From NCBI GenBank assembly GCA_003211115.1, contig QCTP01000002.1, positions 398 through 64,397 on the forward strand: 64,000 nt of DNA, read 5' to 3'. Position 1 is the stretch's first letter, and each line of letters begins with the position of its first letter. Source of the DNA: Prochlorococcus sp. AG-673-M19. GTDB taxonomy: Bacteria > Cyanobacteriota > Cyanobacteriia > PCC-6307 > Cyanobiaceae. The position numbers were made by a program, and so were the translations under genes. The notes under the pieces were generated by a model. It was not told the origin of the DNA. It worked only from the letters and a program-made list of their open reading frames with translations, and did not search any database. Shown one piece after another: positions 41,479 to 52,322 of this stretch.

Positions 41479-42125
41479 TTAGAAATTATAATTTCATAAA
41501 TCAAATCTTTTTTATCTATTTTCTCTAATACTTCAATTCCTTTTACAACCTTTCCAAAGATTGAATACCTTCCATCTAATTCAGGGAATTTATTAGTAAC
41601 AAAAAAGAATTCTGTTGAAGATGAATTATTTTCTCCTGTCTTAACCATAGCTAAGGAACCTTTTTCAAAAATATTAGTAATATTAACAATTTCAGAAGGA
41701 TCTGTAATTTGACTATTATATTTTGCCTCGATTTTCTTTTTTAATTTTATTTCCAAGGGCATATCTATATATGTTTTAAGTTTATATAGTTTTTCATTTT
41801 CTTTTTTGTAATAACTATTTTCTTTATAAATACCTGATTGTTTTATTTGAACCTGACGATAATTAATAATTTTATAAAAACTTTTATTTTTATAAATATT
41901 TTTTTTGATATTTTTAATAAAGTTATTAACTGTAACTGGGTTATTTTCTCCATACAATTGAACATCAAAATTCCCTTTTGAAGTCTTAAAAACAACTATT
42001 TCATTCTTTTTTAAACATTTAAGATTGAGTTTTTCACAATAATATTTTGAATCTAAAGTTCTCTCATAACTACAACCTGTAATCAAAAACAAAAATAAAT
42101 TCAAGTGTAGAAGTTTTTTTAACAA
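41475..42125 (-). CDS. Cyclophilin-type PPIase, probable lipoprotein
   Basis: Lipobox [29 protein letters not shown]. Confidence 0.85.
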   Translation of the reverse strand: MLKKLLHLNLFLFLITGCSYERTLDSKYYCEKLNLKCLKKNEIVVFKTSKGNFDVQLYGENNPVTVNNFIKNIKKNIYKNKSFYKIINYRQVQIKQSGIYKENSYYKKENEKLYKLKTYIDMPLEIKLKKKIEAKYNSQITDPSEIVNITNIFEKGSLAMVKTGENNSSSTEFFFVTNKFPELDGRYSIFGKVVKGIEVLEKIDKKDLIYEIIISN

Positions 42126-42136
42126 ATAAAGTCTTC

Positions 42137-42694
42137 CTACTTTAAGCCCTCCAAGTTTACATTTAAAAATTTAGCTAATCTTGCCCCCTCCTCTTCAACT
42201 TGAAGCAAAGGCTTAAGTTCACCAGCCCCACTAAGAGGAAGAGCTTTCTTTCTACCCTTAAGAACAAGTGCAATTCTTCTCCTTGGATTAAATCCTTCAC
42301 TAATATCTAATTTTACAGATTTAATTTCATCAAAATTTAATTTAACCTCAACATCTTTGAATAAGCCCTTTCTTTTAATTTCAACAGATTTAGAACCTTT
42401 ATCAAAAGAATTGATACCAGAACCAAAATTTATAATTACCAAATACCACAAATATATATTTAATAAATTGGCTAGTACTCCATAAGCACCCATTATTATT
42501 CCTTGAGGAATGAAAAGCAAAGATGATGGATTACCTAAAGGAAGTAGATTTCTTCCTGTATAGCTTGATATGGCAGCTAATATAAAACCAATTCCTCCTA
42601 TTGTAAGCATTCCTCCAATAAGATAATTTGATATTTTTCTTGACCCGTTAATTTTCTGTTCAATTTTGTTGAACGACGCAAGATTTGATTCCAT
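42137..42694 (-). CDS. ycf4: Photosystem I assembly protein Ycf4
   Basis: GSRKISNY, FIPQGIIMG, EGFNPRR. Confidence 0.95.
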   Translation of the reverse strand: MESNLASFNKIEQKINGSRKISNYLIGGMLTIGGIGFILAAISSYTGRNLLPLGNPSSLLFIPQGIIMGAYGVLANLLNIYLWYLVIINFGSGINSFDKGSKSVEIKRKGLFKDVEVKLNFDEIKSVKLDISEGFNPRRRIALVLKGRKKALPLSGAGELKPLLQVEEEGARLAKFLNVNLEGLK

Positions 42695-42878
42695 AATTCT
42701 AATATTCTAAAAGCTCATCCAAATTAATATAACCAATAATATAAGGTACAAATACTTATTTTTTGATTAAAAAGTCAGGAAAGCTTTACAAGGCATTTCA
42801 TATATACGAATATTTCCCCACTTTACTCTCAATCTTTGTTACAGTCACTGCGTATCCCGAAGCTAAAAACGATTTCTC

Positions 42879-43955
42879 ATGACGATCGCCGTTGGAAGCG
42901 CCCCACAGAGAGGATGGTTTGATGTCCTTGATGATTGGTTAAAGCGCGACAGGTTTGTATTTATTGGTTGGTCCGGACTACTTCTTTTACCTTGTGCATA
43001 CCTTGCTATAGGTGGTTGGTTTGTCGGAACAACTTTTGTGACCTCTTGGTACACACATGGAGTTGCAAGCTCTTACCTTGAAGGTTGTAACTTTTTAACA
43101 GCAGCTGTTAGTACCCCTGGAGATGCCATGGGACACAGTCTTCTATTTTTATGGGGCCCTGAAGCCCAAGGAAGTTTCGTAAGATGGCTACAACTTGGTG
43201 GCCTTTGGAACTTCGTTGCATTACACGGAGTATTTGGCCTTATTGGTTTTATGCTTCGTCAGTTTGAAATTGCTGGTCTTGTAGGCATTAGACCTTACAA
43301 CGCATTAGCCTTTTCAGCAGTAATAGCAGTTTTTACAAGTATTTTCCTTATTTATCCTTTAGGTCAACATAGTTGGTTCTTCGCACCTTCTTTTGGTGTT
43401 GCAGCAATCTTCCGTTATATCCTATTTATTCAAGGTTTTCACAATATTACTTTAAATCCGTTCCATATGATGGGTGTTGCTGGAATTCTTGGTGGTGCTC
43501 TTCTTTGCGCTATCCATGGAGCGACAGTTCAAAACACATTGTATGAAGATACTAGTATTTATACAGATGGTAAGGTTCAAAGTTCAACATTTAGAGCTTT
43601 TGACCCAACACAAGAAGAAGAAACCTATTCAATGATTACGGCGAATAGATTTTGGAGCCAAATATTTGGTATTGCTTTTTCTAACAAGCGTTTCCTTCAC
43701 TTCTTGATGTTATTTGTGCCTGTTATGGGTATGTGGACATCTTCAATTGGTATTGTTGGTTTAGCACTTAATTTAAGAGCTTACGATTTCGTCAGCCAAG
43801 AAATCCGTGCAGCAGAAGATCCAGAATTTGAAACTTTCTACACAAAGAATATACTTTTGAACGAAGGTATGCGAGCATGGATGTCTTCTGTGGATCAACC
43901 ACACGAAAATTTTGTATTCCCTGAGGAGGTTCTTCCACGTGGAAACGCCCTTTAA
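42879..43955 (+). CDS. psbD: Photosystem II D2 protein
   Basis: [16 protein letters not shown]...[10 protein letters not shown]. Confidence 0.99.
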   Translation: MTIAVGSAPQRGWFDVLDDWLKRDRFVFIGWSGLLLLPCAYLAIGGWFVGTTFVTSWYTHGVASSYLEGCNFLTAAVSTPGDAMGHSLLFLWGPEAQGSFVRWLQLGGLWNFVALHGVFGLIGFMLRQFEIAGLVGIRPYNALAFSAVIAVFTSIFLIYPLGQHSWFFAPSFGVAAIFRYILFIQGFHNITLNPFHMMGVAGILGGALLCAIHGATVQNTLYEDTSIYTDGKVQSSTFRAFDPTQEEETYSMITANRFWSQIFGIAFSNKRFLHFLMLFVPVMGMWTSSIGIVGLALNLRAYDFVSQEIRAAEDPEFETFYTKNILLNEGMRAWMSSVDQPHENFVFPEEVLPRGNAL

Positions 43956-45321
43956 TAATTTATTAAGAGCTCCAAACCAAAGTATTGAAGAGACTGGCTA
44001 TGCCTGGTACGTAGGCAACGCTAGACTAATCAACTTATCTGGACGTTTATTAGGAGCTCACATTGCTCACTCTGGACTTATAGTCTTTTGGGCGGGAGCA
44101 ATGATGCTCTTTGAGGTTAATCATTTTACTTTTGATAAACCAATGTGGGAGCAAGGCTTAATCTGTATGCCACACGTCGCAATGTTTGGTTATGGAATAG
44201 GCCCTGGTGGTGAAGTTACTGATATCATGCCTTTCTTCCAAGCAGGTGTGGTTCATTTGATAGCTTCTGCTGTTCTTGGTTTTGGTGGTATTTATCACTC
44301 ATTAGCAGGTCCAGAAAAACTTGAAGAAGATTTCCCATTTTTCTCTACTGATTGGAGAGATAAGAATCAAATGACAAATATCCTTGGATATCATTTGATT
44401 GTTTTAGGTGTAGGTGCATTAGCATGGTCAGTTAACTGGTGTTTTATTGGCGGTGCATATGATACATGGGCACCTGGGGGTGGAGAAGTCAGACTTGTTA
44501 ACCCAACCTTAGATCCAAGAGTAATTCTTGGTTATCTGTTTAGATCTCCATGGGGAGGTGCCGGTTCAATTATCGGTGTTAACTCTATCGAAGATATTGT
44601 TGGTGGTCATGTCTATGTGGGTATTACTGCAATTATTGGAGGAATATTTCACATCTTCACAAAACCATTTGGATGGGCAAGAAGAGCATTTATTTGGAAT
44701 GGTGAAGGACTACTAAGTTACGCCCTTGGTGGAATTTGTGTAGCAAGTTTTATTGCATCAACATTCATCTGGTTTAACAACACAGCTTACCCTTCAGAGT
44801 TTTACGGTCCAACAAATGCTGAAGCGTCACAAGCCCAAAGCTTTACTTTCCTAGTGAGAGATCAAAGAATTGGAGCTAACGTAGGTTCAACAATGGGACC
44901 AACAGGTCTAGGTAAGTATCTCATGAGATCTCCTACAGGTGAAATTATATTTGGTGGTGAAACAATGAGATTTTGGGACTTTAGAGGTCCATGGTTAGAG
45001 CCTTTAAGAGGACCTAACGGATTGAGCCTAGAAAAAATCCAAAATGATATTCAGCCCTGGCAAGTAAGAAGAGCTGCTGAATATATGACTCATGCTCCTA
45101 ATGCTTCTATTAACTCTGTTGGAGGTATTATTACTGAGCCAAACGCTGTTAACTTTGTTAACTTAAGACAATGGTTAGCTGCAGCTCAATTCTTCCTAGG
45201 ATGGTTTACATTCATCGGTCACCTTTGGCATGCAGGACGTGCTAGAGCAGCCGCTGCCGGTTTCGAAAAAGGAATCGATAGAAAGAGTGAACCAGCTCTA
45301 GAAATGTCAGATTTAGATTAA
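43939..45321 (+). CDS. psbC: Photosystem II CP43
   Basis: Canonical GTG start overlapping the psbD end; [14 protein letters not shown]. Confidence 0.99.
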   Translation: METPFNNLLRAPNQSIEETGYAWYVGNARLINLSGRLLGAHIAHSGLIVFWAGAMMLFEVNHFTFDKPMWEQGLICMPHVAMFGYGIGPGGEVTDIMPFFQAGVVHLIASAVLGFGGIYHSLAGPEKLEEDFPFFSTDWRDKNQMTNILGYHLIVLGVGALAWSVNWCFIGGAYDTWAPGGGEVRLVNPTLDPRVILGYLFRSPWGGAGSIIGVNSIEDIVGGHVYVGITAIIGGIFHIFTKPFGWARRAFIWNGEGLLSYALGGICVASFIASTFIWFNNTAYPSEFYGPTNAEASQAQSFTFLVRDQRIGANVGSTMGPTGLGKYLMRSPTGEIIFGGETMRFWDFRGPWLEPLRGPNGLSLEKIQNDIQPWQVRRAAEYMTHAPNASINSVGGIITEPNAVNFVNLRQWLAAAQFFLGWFTFIGHLWHAGRARAAAAGFEKGIDRKSEPALEMSDLD

Positions 45322-45338
45322 CTTTTAAATCAAATTAA

Positions 45339-45372
45339 TAAAGGCCCTATCAAAAGATAGGGCCTTTTTTTT
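45339..45372. terminator. Bidirectional terminator
   Basis: AAAGGCCCTATC-AAAA-GATAGGGCCTTTTTT. Confidence 0.9.
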
Positions 45373-45386
45373 CAAGAATTTTCTTT

Positions 45387-45995
45387 TTATAGTAAATTTT
45401 TTCTAAGCCATGGCAAACTTAACCCCATGACATTACTGAAACAACCTTCTATTTTTTCTATATATTTTCCTCCTATACCCTCCAAAGCAAATCCTCCAGC
45501 GCAATACAAAGGTTCAAGAGAATCTACATAACTCTTGATTTCCAAATCTTCCAACTTAGAAAAATAAACTTTTGAACTTACTGTTTTTTTGATTATTTTA
45601 ATAATTTTAAAAATATTTGAAGTTGAATCAAAATTTCCAATTATTAGAGTATGACCAGTATGTAAAAAACCAAACTCACCAGACATTTTTTTCCATCTAA
45701 TAAATGCCTCTTCTTTATCTGCTGGTTTTCCATAAGCTTCCCCTTTAAATTCAAAGATTGAATCACATCCAAGGATTTCTAAAGGACCATAATTAAGTTC
45801 TTCTGGTAATAATGTTTTTTGAATATTTTCAGATAAACTATTAGCCTTTTGAAAAGATAATTCCAAGGCTAAATTAAATATATTTTTTTCTTTTATTGAA
45901 GTTTCATCAAAGTTACTTGATATTTGAATAAATTCAATTTGACAGTTTTCAAGTAATTTCTTTCTAGATTGAGAAGCAGAGGCTAGAATTAACAC
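45387..45995 (-). CDS. maf: Maf nucleoside triphosphate pyrophosphatase
   Basis: [18 protein letters not shown]. Confidence 0.94.
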   Translation of the reverse strand: MLILASASQSRKKLLENCQIEFIQISSNFDETSIKEKNIFNLALELSFQKANSLSENIQKTLLPEELNYGPLEILGCDSIFEFKGEAYGKPADKEEAFIRWKKMSGEFGFLHTGHTLIIGNFDSTSNIFKIIKIIKKTVSSKVYFSKLEDLEIKSYVDSLEPLYCAGGFALEGIGGKYIEKIEGCFSNVMGLSLPWLRKNLL

Positions 45996-46061
45996 AAATT
46001 TTTTTTCAAATTATAATTCAATTTACGAATTAATAAATTTAAAAATAAATATAAATTAAAA

Positions 46062-47591
46062 ATGGAATTAGAAGAGAAATTACATACAAGAAAGAAACCA
46101 ATAATGGTCCTAGGAACTTCTAGTGGGGCAGGAAAATCATTAACAGTTACTGCTATTTGTAGGATTCTTAAAAATTTAGGAGAAGAGCCAATACCTTTTA
46201 AAGGGCAAAATATGAGTAACAACTCTTGGGTTGATTGGAATGGGGGAGAAATGGCATATTCTCAAGCTCTCCAAGCTTTTGCCTGCGGGATAGTTCCTTC
46301 TTCAGAGATGAATCCCATTTTATTAAAGCCTCAAGGTAATTCAATAAGCGAAGTTATCCATTTAGGAAAAAGCACAGGAATTACAACTGCAAAAAATTAT
46401 TACAAGGATTGGTTTTCCCCAGGTTGGGAAGTAATTAAAAAGAGTTTGAATTCGATATATGAACGGCATCCAAATTGTCGTTTAATTATTGAAGGAGCTG
46501 GAAGTCCTGTTGAGATGAATTTAATTCATAGAGACCTTACTAACTTAAAAGTTGCAAAGTACTTAAAAGCAAATTGTATTCTAGTCACAGATATTGAGAG
46601 GGGAGGCGTATTTGCTCAGATAATAGGGACACTTCAATTAATGAAACCTGAGGAAAAAAAACTTATTAAAGGGATAATAATAAATAGATTTAGAGGCGAC
46701 CTTTCACTATTCGAAGAAGGGAAAAAATGGATTGAAAGTAAAACTCTAATTCCTGTCTTAGGAATAATACCCTGGTTGAATGATAAATTCCCTCCAGAAG
46801 ATTCTCTAGATTTATTAGAGAGAAAATCAAATTTAATAAATCCTGAAATAAAAGTTGGAATTATAAAATTACCGACCATTAGCAACTTTTCAGATTTTGA
46901 TCCATTAGAAAATGAAGAATCAATATTAATAGAGTGGATAAATGAATCTCAAAGCTTGAATCAACTTGACTTTCTTATTCTTCCTGGAAGTAAGCAAACT
47001 ATTAAAGATCAAATGTTCCTTAAAGATTCAGGACTTTCTAAAGATATCAAAGAGTATTCAAAAACTTGTGGTAGTATCTTCGGAATTTGTGGCGGACTAC
47101 AAATGTTAGGAACAATTCTTGAAGACCCTCTTTTTAAAGAAGGTTCAAAAACTAATTTAGATCTAACAATAAAGGGGATTGGATTGTTGCCATTAAAAAC
47201 AACTTTTCTAAAAAATAAAATTACAAGACAAATTACCTCAAAATCAATTTGGCCATGCCTTGCAGAAATTAATGGATTTGAGATTCACAATGGAGTAACT
47301 GAATTGGACAAAAGTCAAAGAACATTAAAAATTAAGCCTATTTTTAAAGATATAGATCTTGGTTGGTATAGAGAAAATGACAATGGAGGAAGTATTGCAG
47401 GTACATATATTCATGGGATCTTTGAAAATGATAACTGGAGAAATCAATATCTAAATTTAGTAAGGAAGAGTAAAAATTTGCCCATAGTAGATAAAAAAAC
47501 TAGATCTTATAAAATCAAAAGAGAATCAATTATTGATAATCTTGCAAACGAATTTGATAAACATTTAAATATCTCATCATTATTAAATTGA
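46062..47591 (+). CDS. cobQ: Cobyric acid synthase
   Basis: GTSSGAGKS, PFKGQNMS, GICGGLQMLG, GTYIHG. Confidence 0.96.
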   Translation: MELEEKLHTRKKPIMVLGTSSGAGKSLTVTAICRILKNLGEEPIPFKGQNMSNNSWVDWNGGEMAYSQALQAFACGIVPSSEMNPILLKPQGNSISEVIHLGKSTGITTAKNYYKDWFSPGWEVIKKSLNSIYERHPNCRLIIEGAGSPVEMNLIHRDLTNLKVAKYLKANCILVTDIERGGVFAQIIGTLQLMKPEEKKLIKGIIINRFRGDLSLFEEGKKWIESKTLIPVLGIIPWLNDKFPPEDSLDLLERKSNLINPEIKVGIIKLPTISNFSDFDPLENEESILIEWINESQSLNQLDFLILPGSKQTIKDQMFLKDSGLSKDIKEYSKTCGSIFGICGGLQMLGTILEDPLFKEGSKTNLDLTIKGIGLLPLKTTFLKNKITRQITSKSIWPCLAEINGFEIHNGVTELDKSQRTLKIKPIFKDIDLGWYRENDNGGSIAGTYIHGIFENDNWRNQYLNLVRKSKNLPIVDKKTRSYKIKRESIIDNLANEFDKHLNISSLLN

Positions 47592-47839
47592 AAGATTCAT
47601 TGATTAAAATTTCATGGCCTAACAATATCGAGACATTTGCCTCGGAGGGAGATGACTGGTTTTTAACGGCAGAAAAAGCAGGCTTAGAAATTCCAACTGG
47701 ATGTTTAACAGGAAGTTGCGGAGCTTGTGAGATTGATGTTAATGGAGAAACGGTGAGAGCTTGTATTACTAATATTAAAAGCAAAAAAGAACGACTATTA
47801 AATGTTTCACTTACTTCTGACCCTTTCTGGGAAAACTAA
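47588..47839 (+). CDS. [2Fe-2S] ferredoxin-like protein
   Basis: GCLTGSCGAC...RAC. Confidence 0.9.
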   Translation: MKDSLIKISWPNNIETFASEGDDWFLTAEKAGLEIPTGCLTGSCGACEIDVNGETVRACITNIKSKKERLLNVSLTSDPFWEN

Positions 47840-47950
47840 ATTATTTAATTATTTTATTAAGGACAAAAACGGAGAGTCTAGAAGTTGAGTTCAGACCGTA
47901 TTTGATGTTATGGGGACGATAGGGAGGGTAAACCAACTCATAGTTCATAA

Positions 47951-47973
47951 TCCCACAACACCTCCCACAACAC
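47951..47973. repeat. Tandem 11-bp direct repeat TCCCACAACAC
   Basis: Copies at 47951-47961 and 47963-47973. Confidence 0.85.
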
Positions 47974-48179
47974 TTGTTTTGTTTGAGTTATTTTCATTTT
48001 TCCTAAGAATATTTTATGAATAATTGAACAAAGACTAAATTTCGAGGATTAGCATTAAGCCAAACTTGATATTATTAATACATAAATTAAAAATAGGTAT
48101 ATAATTTTTTAAAAACAAAAAAAATTTGATGCAAAAAACTTTTTTGTACATAAGCTTAATATAAATTTGTTTTATAAAT

Positions 48180-48881
48180 TTGGAAAATATTTCTTATATA
48201 GTTGCATCCATAAAAAAATGGCACATTGATGAATTCGAAAAAATCAAGGCTAAAATTCCAGGCAACTGGTTTCTTCTCAATGAATCTTCAGATTTAACCA
48301 TTGATTATTTAAATAAGATAAATCCTCAATATATTTTCTTCCCGCATTGGAGTAAAAAAGTATCTGAAGAAATTATTAACAACTATGAATGCATATGTTT
48401 TCACGAAACAGATCTTCCTTTTGGAAGAGGTGGAAGTCCAATACAAAATCTCATAAATAAAGGTTTTGATAAAACAAAGATTTCCGCATTAAAAATGACT
48501 AATGAAATTGATGCTGGTCCAATTTATTTAAAAAAAACATTATCTCTAGATGGATTAGCCGAAGAAATTTACATTCGTTCAGCAAAAACAGTTTTTGAAA
48601 TGATCGAAATAATTATTGAGAAAAATCTAAGCCCAATTCAACAGATGGGGGCACCTACTTATTTTAAAAGGAGAAAACCTGATCAAAGTATCATACCTAA
48701 AGAAATCAGCAATCTAAAAGAATTATTTGACTTCATCAGAATGCTGGATGCAGAGGGTTATCCATCAGCAAAAATAATATACAACAATTTTTCAATTGAA
48801 TTTACTAGACCTGCGCATAGGACTGATAGGATTGAATCAAATGTTGTTATAAGACAAGTTAAAAAAATAAAAAATGAATAA
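48180..48881 (+). CDS. N10-formyl-THF-dependent formyltransferase (Fmt-like, sugar-modifying type)
   Basis: FFPHWS, FHETDLPFGRGGSPIQN, IDAGPIY, IRMLDAEGYP. Confidence 0.9.
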   Translation: MENISYIVASIKKWHIDEFEKIKAKIPGNWFLLNESSDLTIDYLNKINPQYIFFPHWSKKVSEEIINNYECICFHETDLPFGRGGSPIQNLINKGFDKTKISALKMTNEIDAGPIYLKKTLSLDGLAEEIYIRSAKTVFEMIEIIIEKNLSPIQQMGAPTYFKRRKPDQSIIPKEISNLKELFDFIRMLDAEGYPSAKIIYNNFSIEFTRPAHRTDRIESNVVIRQVKKIKNE

Positions 48882-49584
48882 AAACTTCAATAATTATTTT
48901 AAAGGTAAAAAAATCCTGACATTCTTTGCTCATCCTGATGACGAGACTTTAGCAGCAGGCGGAACTTTAAAAAAACTAAACTCGTTAAATTGTGAAATAT
49001 ATATCGCAATTCCTAATACTGGTATAAATTCGAGAACTTACATAAGTGAAGAAAAAAGAGTGGAGATGTTGGCAGACCTAAGAATTGATACAAATAACGC
49101 ATTGACTTTACTGGGTATAGAGAGTCAAAACATATTTTTTGGTGAATTCTCAGATAACGCAATTGATAAGCATTGTTTATTAGAATTAATCCATTGGCTT
49201 GAAAAAATAATTAAAAAGGTTAAACCAGATGTTATTTTTACTCATCATAGATACTGTACAAATATTGATCATCAATATTGTCATCAAGCAAGCATAGTTG
49301 CTTGCAGACCCGATATTTCATCTCATATTGATATTTTGTGTGGAGAAGTCCCTTCAAGTACAGGTTACCTAAAACCTACAAGTTGGGAACCAAATCTATT
49401 TATAGAAATTTCTCCAGAGGACTTAGACTCAAAAGTTAAATCAATGCTTGCTTACAAAGGTGAGTCTAGACCTGATCCTCATCCCAGGTCTCCAGAAGTA
49501 TTAAAAGCACTCGCAAAGGTCAGGGGCTCAGAAAGTGGCTATTATTTTGCTGAGGCTTTTATGATAAATAAATCCTTTTTATAA
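48874..49584 (+). CDS. PIG-L/LmbE family de-N-acylase
   Basis: AHPDDE, THH...NIDH, HPRS, AEAF; overlaps the formyltransferase stop. Confidence 0.92.
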   Translation: MNKNFNNYFKGKKILTFFAHPDDETLAAGGTLKKLNSLNCEIYIAIPNTGINSRTYISEEKRVEMLADLRIDTNNALTLLGIESQNIFFGEFSDNAIDKHCLLELIHWLEKIIKKVKPDVIFTHHRYCTNIDHQYCHQASIVACRPDISSHIDILCGEVPSSTGYLKPTSWEPNLFIEISPEDLDSKVKSMLAYKGESRPDPHPRSPEVLKALAKVRGSESGYYFAEAFMINKSFL

Positions 49585-49730
49585 TATGCTTAACAAATTT
49601 TAAATTTATTGAATAAAAATGTTGCAGAAATTTCAGTAGATAAATTTTATCTTGATTGGCAAGAGATCTAAAATAATAAAAAGTTTAATTTGATTTTGAA
49701 ATATTTATTTTACTAGCTCCTTTTTTATTT

Positions 49731-50006
49731 TTGTTTTTTGTATTTCCCCTTAATTCAGAAACACATGAAAAAAAGGAATATGACAAGTATGATTGCTATG
49801 CAAAATGTTTAGATGATGCTTTACCAAGAACAATGAATAACGGATTAGTCTGGGAATGTTCATTGAAAGCATCAAAAGAACTTGATTCTTTAATTCAAAA
49901 GAAAATCTCCTCAAAAGGTGATTGCAATAATATGGAAAAAACTCTTACGAATACAAGTTTTTACAAATATTGTGAAACTATCAGAATCCTTCAGACACTA
50001 AAATAA
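49731..50006 (+). CDS. Cys-rich hypothetical protein, possibly truncated
   Basis: 91 aa, 5 Cys, ends 2 bp before the tRNA 3' end. Confidence 0.45.
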   Translation: MFFVFPLNSETHEKKEYDKYDCYAKCLDDALPRTMNNGLVWECSLKASKELDSLIQKKISSKGDCNNMEKTLTNTSFYKYCETIRILQTLK

Positions 50007-50008
50007 TC

Positions 50009-50093
50009 CGGAGAGGGTGGGATTCGAACCCACGAATAGTTTCCTATTAAACGATTTCGAATCGTTCGCTTTCGACCACTCAGCCACCTCTCC
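50009..50093 (-). tRNA. tRNA-Ser(CGA)
   Basis: GGAGAGGTGGCTGAGTGG...AACGATT-CGA-AATCGTT, long variable arm, GGTTCGAATCCCACCCTCTCCG. Confidence 0.98.
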
Positions 50094-50149
50094 TTCTTTA
50101 AGAGTACACATATTACTTTAATATCTTCTTGATTAAAACCAGAAAATAT

Positions 50150-51181
50150 TTAGTCCCAACCTGCTTCTTTCATCATTTTTATCGCAAGAGAATTATTTTT
50201 CCCTAGATCCTCTATAGTTACCTTATCAGGAGTAAATTCTCCAAAATTTTTGACTATTTCGTTCTGATTGACTTTTTTCAAAGGATGTTCAAAAGTTGGA
50301 GCTGCCAAGCCTTTACTTCCTTCAGGAGAAGCTAAAAATTCAAGCAACTTTACAGCCTCAGATTTATTTGTTGCATATTTGGCAATCCCGCCAGCACTAA
50401 TATTTATATGTGCAGGATTAGGGGTAAGAACAGATGTTTTTTTTGCATATAAAGCATCTCTTCTGCCATTAACACCTGCTAACATTCTTGCAACATAGTA
50501 ATGATTAACTATTCCTACACCACACTTTCTCTTAGAAACAGCTCTTACTATAGAAATATCTCCTGGGAAGAAAGGTTTAGAAACATTTGAAATCATTCCA
50601 TTTAACCAAGCTTTAGTTTCTAGTTCTCCTTTATTAACTATTTGATTAGCAACCAAAGATTGGTTATATGGACTTTTTCTATTTCTTAAGCATACTTTAC
50701 CTTTTAAGGAGGGATCCGCTAAATCTGCATAGTCTTTAATTTTATCTACATCTACAACCTTTGGATTAGCGACCATAACTCTGACCCTTCGAGTTAGAGC
50801 ATACCATTCCTTCCCTGGATCTTTTAATCCATCTGGTACATCACTTTCTAAAGAAGGTGAATCAATACTTTGAAGTAAACCTGCTTTCGCAGCATTAGTT
50901 ATTCTTGCCGCATCAACAAGTAACACTAAATCAGCCTGTGAATTCTTTCCCTCTCTTTTTAATCTTTCAATTAAAGATATACCAGCAGCTTCAATAAGCC
51001 TAACTTTAATTCCAGTTTCTTCTGCAAATTTCTTATAGACCCCTCTATCAGTATTGTAATGCCTCCCAGAATAAACTTTTACCTCTCTTTCAGTTGAATT
51101 TGCAGGCATATTTAGATTAACTAAAAAAGTAAACGTCAAAGCTGAATAAAATAATTTTTTTAGTTTTTGCACTTTTATCAA
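50150..51181 (-). CDS. futA: Fe(III) ABC transporter substrate-binding protein
   Basis: VYSGRHY, LLVDA, YNQSL, VNHYY iron-ligand motifs. Confidence 0.95.
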   Translation of the reverse strand: MIKVQKLKKLFYSALTFTFLVNLNMPANSTEREVKVYSGRHYNTDRGVYKKFAEETGIKVRLIEAAGISLIERLKREGKNSQADLVLLVDAARITNAAKAGLLQSIDSPSLESDVPDGLKDPGKEWYALTRRVRVMVANPKVVDVDKIKDYADLADPSLKGKVCLRNRKSPYNQSLVANQIVNKGELETKAWLNGMISNVSKPFFPGDISIVRAVSKRKCGVGIVNHYYVARMLAGVNGRRDALYAKKTSVLTPNPAHINISAGGIAKYATNKSEAVKLLEFLASPEGSKGLAAPTFEHPLKKVNQNEIVKNFGEFTPDKVTIEDLGKNNSLAIKMMKEAGWD

Positions 51182-51274
51182 ATAGTATCTATGGTTACTT
51201 TATATAAACCTAAAGCTCAAGATTCCTAAAAGATATTTTCTATACATCCCTTTGTATCATTTTTTATAATCAAA

Positions 51275-51940
51275 ATGAATTATTTAACTCACCAGTTACT
51301 AAATCAAGAAGAAATTGAATCATTAATTAAGAACTTAAACAAAGAATCAGATTATTGGGAAGATGGGAAGAAGACAGCGGGAAGTCACTCATCAATAGTT
51401 AAAAACAATTTGCAATTAAATCGAGAAACTGAGATATCAAAAAAACTCTCCCATTTGATCAAACAAAAAATTCTTAGCATCCCTCTAATAAAAAGCTTTG
51501 CCTTACCAAAAATAATTCATGGAATAATGTTTACAAAATCATTAAAAAATATGCAATATGGTAGGCATATAGATAATCCGTTTATGTCATCAGGACGAGC
51601 TGATTTATCATTTACCATTTCATTAACTGATAAAAATACATACGAAGGAGGAGAGCTAATTATTGAAGAGATGAATTCAGAAAAAGAATTCAAACTAAAT
51701 GCAGGTGAAATAATTGTTTATCCAAGTACCTACTTGCATTCAGTTAAAGAGATTAAAAATGGAGAAAGATTAGTATGTGTAGGTTGGATTGAAAGTTATG
51801 TAAAATCAATCGAGGGAAGAGAATATTTATTTGATCTTGATGCAGGTGCAAAAGGCTTGCTAGCTAAAAATGGGAGGTCAGATGAAATAGATCTTATCTT
51901 TAAGTCTTATTCGAATCTTCTTAGGCTACTGGGTAGTTAA
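51275..51940 (+). CDS. PKHD-type Fe(II)/2OG dioxygenase (PiuC/YbiX)
   Basis: WEDGKKTAG, YGRHIDN, YEGGEL, YPSTYLHSV, R..VGWIES. Confidence 0.92.
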   Translation: MNYLTHQLLNQEEIESLIKNLNKESDYWEDGKKTAGSHSSIVKNNLQLNRETEISKKLSHLIKQKILSIPLIKSFALPKIIHGIMFTKSLKNMQYGRHIDNPFMSSGRADLSFTISLTDKNTYEGGELIIEEMNSEKEFKLNAGEIIVYPSTYLHSVKEIKNGERLVCVGWIESYVKSIEGREYLFDLDAGAKGLLAKNGRSDEIDLIFKSYSNLLRLLGS

Positions 51941-52011
51941 AGAATCATTTTATACACTAAATAGAAAATTATTCAAAAAATACTTAAAATAAATAATATA
52001 TAAAAATTGAA

Positions 52012-52239
52012 ATGCCAAAAAAAAGTTCGATTGCTTTATTCATTGCTGCAACAAGCGCTTTATCGATATCTTCATCAGTTAATAGTGGGGAGAATGATAT
52101 GGGTGGCCTAAAAGAATGGAATACTGACATGGACGTTAACGCAGATTTCATATTAGATGATAAAGCACAAGAGATTGCAGATAAGGCACAAAAAGCCGAT
52201 GTTTGCATTCCTATAGGTGAAGGCGAGAATTGTTGGTAA
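52012..52239 (+). CDS. Small secreted protein
   Basis: Signal peptide, C-terminal CIPIGEGENCW. Confidence 0.7.
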   Translation: MPKKSSIALFIAATSALSISSSVNSGENDMGGLKEWNTDMDVNADFILDDKAQEIADKAQKADVCIPIGEGENCW

Positions 52240-52265
52240 GTAAAGAAATAAAAAAAAATTAATCA

Positions 52266-52294
52266 AAAAAAAACACCCTTGATGGGTGTTTTTT
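52266..52294. terminator. Bidirectional terminator
   Basis: A-tract-CACCC-TTGAT-GGGTG-T-tract between convergent genes. Confidence 0.85.
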
Positions 52295-52322
52295 AATTTA
52301 AGAATAAAATCTTAACTTAGAT

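Larger units (their letters stand above)
47870..50008. mobile_element. tRNA-Ser-associated genomic islet (no integrase)
   Basis: Lies at the 3' end of tRNA-Ser(CGA); degenerate copy of the tRNA 3' end at 47870-47893; 11-bp direct repeats at 47951 and 47963. Confidence 0.55.
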
